Below are positions 62,163 through 64,000 of a stretch of 64,000 bases of DNA, in pieces (position 1 is the stretch's first letter; every line of letters starts with the position of its first letter). The notes beneath the pieces were generated by a model. That model was not told the origin of the DNA, ran no database searches, and was given only the letters and a program-made list of their open reading frames with translations. The DNA is taken from positions 21,898,558 to 21,962,557 of the forward strand of contig OZ316895.1 in the NCBI GenBank assembly GCA_973895155.1. The letters are read 5' to 3'. Made by a program: the position numbers and the translations under genes. Source of the DNA: Marsupella aquatica. Taxonomy: Eukaryota; Plantae; Marchantiophyta.

Positions 62163-63313
62163 ATGTCTTCATCTTTTGAGATCTCCACCACAGATTCTTC
62201 CTCCTCCGATGAAGATATACCACCTCCTCCTCAACCTCACACGACTGCACCTCCTCCTCGTGGTCCACCCCGTCAGCTTTGCCAATGTGCCAAATGCGTG
62301 GGTCAGGTTTCCCAAAAGTCCTATATATGCACCCAGCATATTGAGAGATATGGACGTTACGGACGTCATACAACAGGGGCTTCCTCATCCCATGTGGTAA
62401 GTGTTTACGCCTTAGTTTCTACCCTATTTCCACATTGCAATGGTGAAGGTTTTTAATTTCACACCTCTTGTTGTTTGTTTTGGTTTGGGTGGAATAGGTA
62501 TCTAGTAGGCCTAGACCTGCGGCATCAGCACCTTATGTCCCATCACAAGGTGTTCTAGATGTTATAGGCAATGCATTCTCACAAGCCTTGGGTCTAGCAA
62601 CAGCCCCCTCCAGTCCTAGGGCAGTTGGGGGTGAGCCTGTTGTCCCAAGAGGGAGAAAGCGTTCCAAGAGACGGCCCCGAGGGGATACTGATTTGTACAA
62701 GGCAGTGGTTACCGGTAGGTGGGGTGATTGTGAGTTTACTGGCAAATGTGTTCCTATCATCAAGGACTGGGATCCCCAGACTCTTGGTTTGCCACAAGAG
62801 CTTTCCTATGGTGAGGAGGTAGAGGTTTGGGGAAGACGTTGGGTTATCAAACCTTCCACACTTGGGGATAGACATGGCTATGGAGTTTTTGCTTGTGAAG
62901 ACATCATTGTGGATACCGAGAGTGGAAGTGGTGGACGCGGTCGAGAAGGACCTACGTTGTTTCCTTATGGTGGACCCATCTACAAGAGAAGACATTGGAA
63001 CATGATCCTTGCACAACATCCTGAGTGGAAGACTTATGCCTTGGAGTTAGATACTTTTGATGGAAACACTAGGAGGTATAGTGAGCAGCGGGTGATAGAT
63101 GGGGACCCCATACGAACTGGGAATATAGCTGGTTTCATAAACAGTGCTGTGGGGACTCGCCCCAAGCGTAGGCAAAATTGTGAGTGGGTTTTCATTGAGG
63201 GTCCTCCACCAGCCCCTTATGGCCAGACATATCATCATGACCATTGTCTGGTTGTAGCTACTAGGACCATTCACTCAGGTGATGAGTTGTTTACTCACTA
63301 TGTGTGGGATTAG
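62163..63313 (+). CDS. Transposon-borne SET-domain protein (putative lysine methyltransferase); exons 62163-62396 and 62498-63313; ~349 aa
   Basis: Exon 1 has CQCAKC..C..H (transposase-associated-like Zn motif); phase-0 intron 62397-62497; exon 2 has NLS-like RGRKRSKRRPR and SET motifs HGYGVFACEDI, FPYGG, IDG..GNIAGFINSA, NCEW, VATRTIHSGDELFTHY. Confidence 0.85.
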
Positions 63314-63456
63314 AAAATGACCATACACATGGCGTTTGGCCACATTTTGTATTTACACCAGTACCGATATTATTTCATGTTTGCACACCCCCATATATTC
63401 TTCTACATGTTGTAACTATTTGCTTTGTAACTTTCAATTGTTTGCATTGTTTTTAG

Positions 63457-64000
63457 AATGTGCGACCCTCTCAAAATATGTTACCGCGGAGATTGAGAGC
63501 AGCATATCGGGAAATGGGTATGCCGGAAGAAGGACAAGGCTCTGAGTCACATTCCTCATCAAGTGACAGTGGAAGCAACAACCCTGATCGCAATGTACCC
63601 AAAACATATGAACAGGTTATTGATGACCAAGATAGAGCCATGGATGATTTTATGGTTGATTGGTTTGGTGTTGACGTCCCTGGTGATGATGCTGAGGTGT
63701 CTGCTGATCAAGGAGGTCATGTGCCCCCCAATGATCCACGACCAAGACATACCCCCGAGGGACAGCGCCAATGGGAGGAAGCAGAGGAACATGCCCGAAC
63801 TCCTATCTATGAGGGTGCTCGTTTGAGTCGTCTTTCTGCTATCTTGGGGTTGATGAATCTACAGGCCAAACACAAGGCAAGCAATGCCTTGTTATCTGAT
63901 ATGTTTGCACTTTGCCATGACCTTATGTTACCTTCTGGCAATGTGTTGCCAGGAACTTGGAAGGAGGCCAAGCGTGTTCTCTCATCAATTGGCATAGAAT
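63457..64000 (+). CDS. CACTA TnpD/TNP2-type transposase, N-terminal exon (runs off window; missing from the ORF track)
   Basis: After acceptor ttttag (63456) an open phase-0 frame reads NVRPSQNML...ARTPIYEGARLSRLSAILGLMNLQAKHKASNALLSDMFALCHDLMLPSGNVLPGTWKEAKRVLSSIGIE, the typical En/Spm transposase region preceding the IHAC motif. Confidence 0.88.

Larger units (their letters stand above)
58093..64000 (+). mobile_element. CACTA (En/Spm) DNA transposon, left portion
   Basis: Terminus CACTACAA at 58093; dense ttcgcaa/ttgcgaa subterminal repeats in both orientations; TnpD-like transposase at the window end; right terminus is outside the window. Confidence 0.88.

Noticed and set aside
63563-63826. 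87-aa ORF in the ORF track
   Set aside because: Wrong frame; the coding frame is the stop-free transposase frame starting at 63457.

Overview
Eukaryotic, land-plant-type genomic DNA (bryophyte-like by gene style; inference) dominated by transposons, with two clear host genes: a single-exon TPR protein (17429-18802) and a 3-exon mitoferrin-type mitochondrial carrier (45190-47286). Mobile elements: a near-complete but disabled autonomous Helitron (1741-9564) with several non-autonomous relatives, a full-length Ty1/Copia element with TSD (22760-28373, minus), a 2.7-kb solo LTR with TSD (52478-55153), fold-back/MITE-like repeats, and the left part of a CACTA (En/Spm) element running off the window end (58093->64000). 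Two accessory genes stand out. (1) The CACTA element carries an intact SET-domain (lysine methyltransferase-like) exon inside the predicted intron of its transposase gene; it can share the Cys/His-rich first coding exon with the transposase by alternative splicing. (2) The Copia element carries an intact antisense ORF between pol and the 3' LTR encoding an RNase H1 N-terminal/caulimovirus viroplasmin-like nucleic-acid-binding domain. All calls come from reading motifs by eye; no database searches were run.
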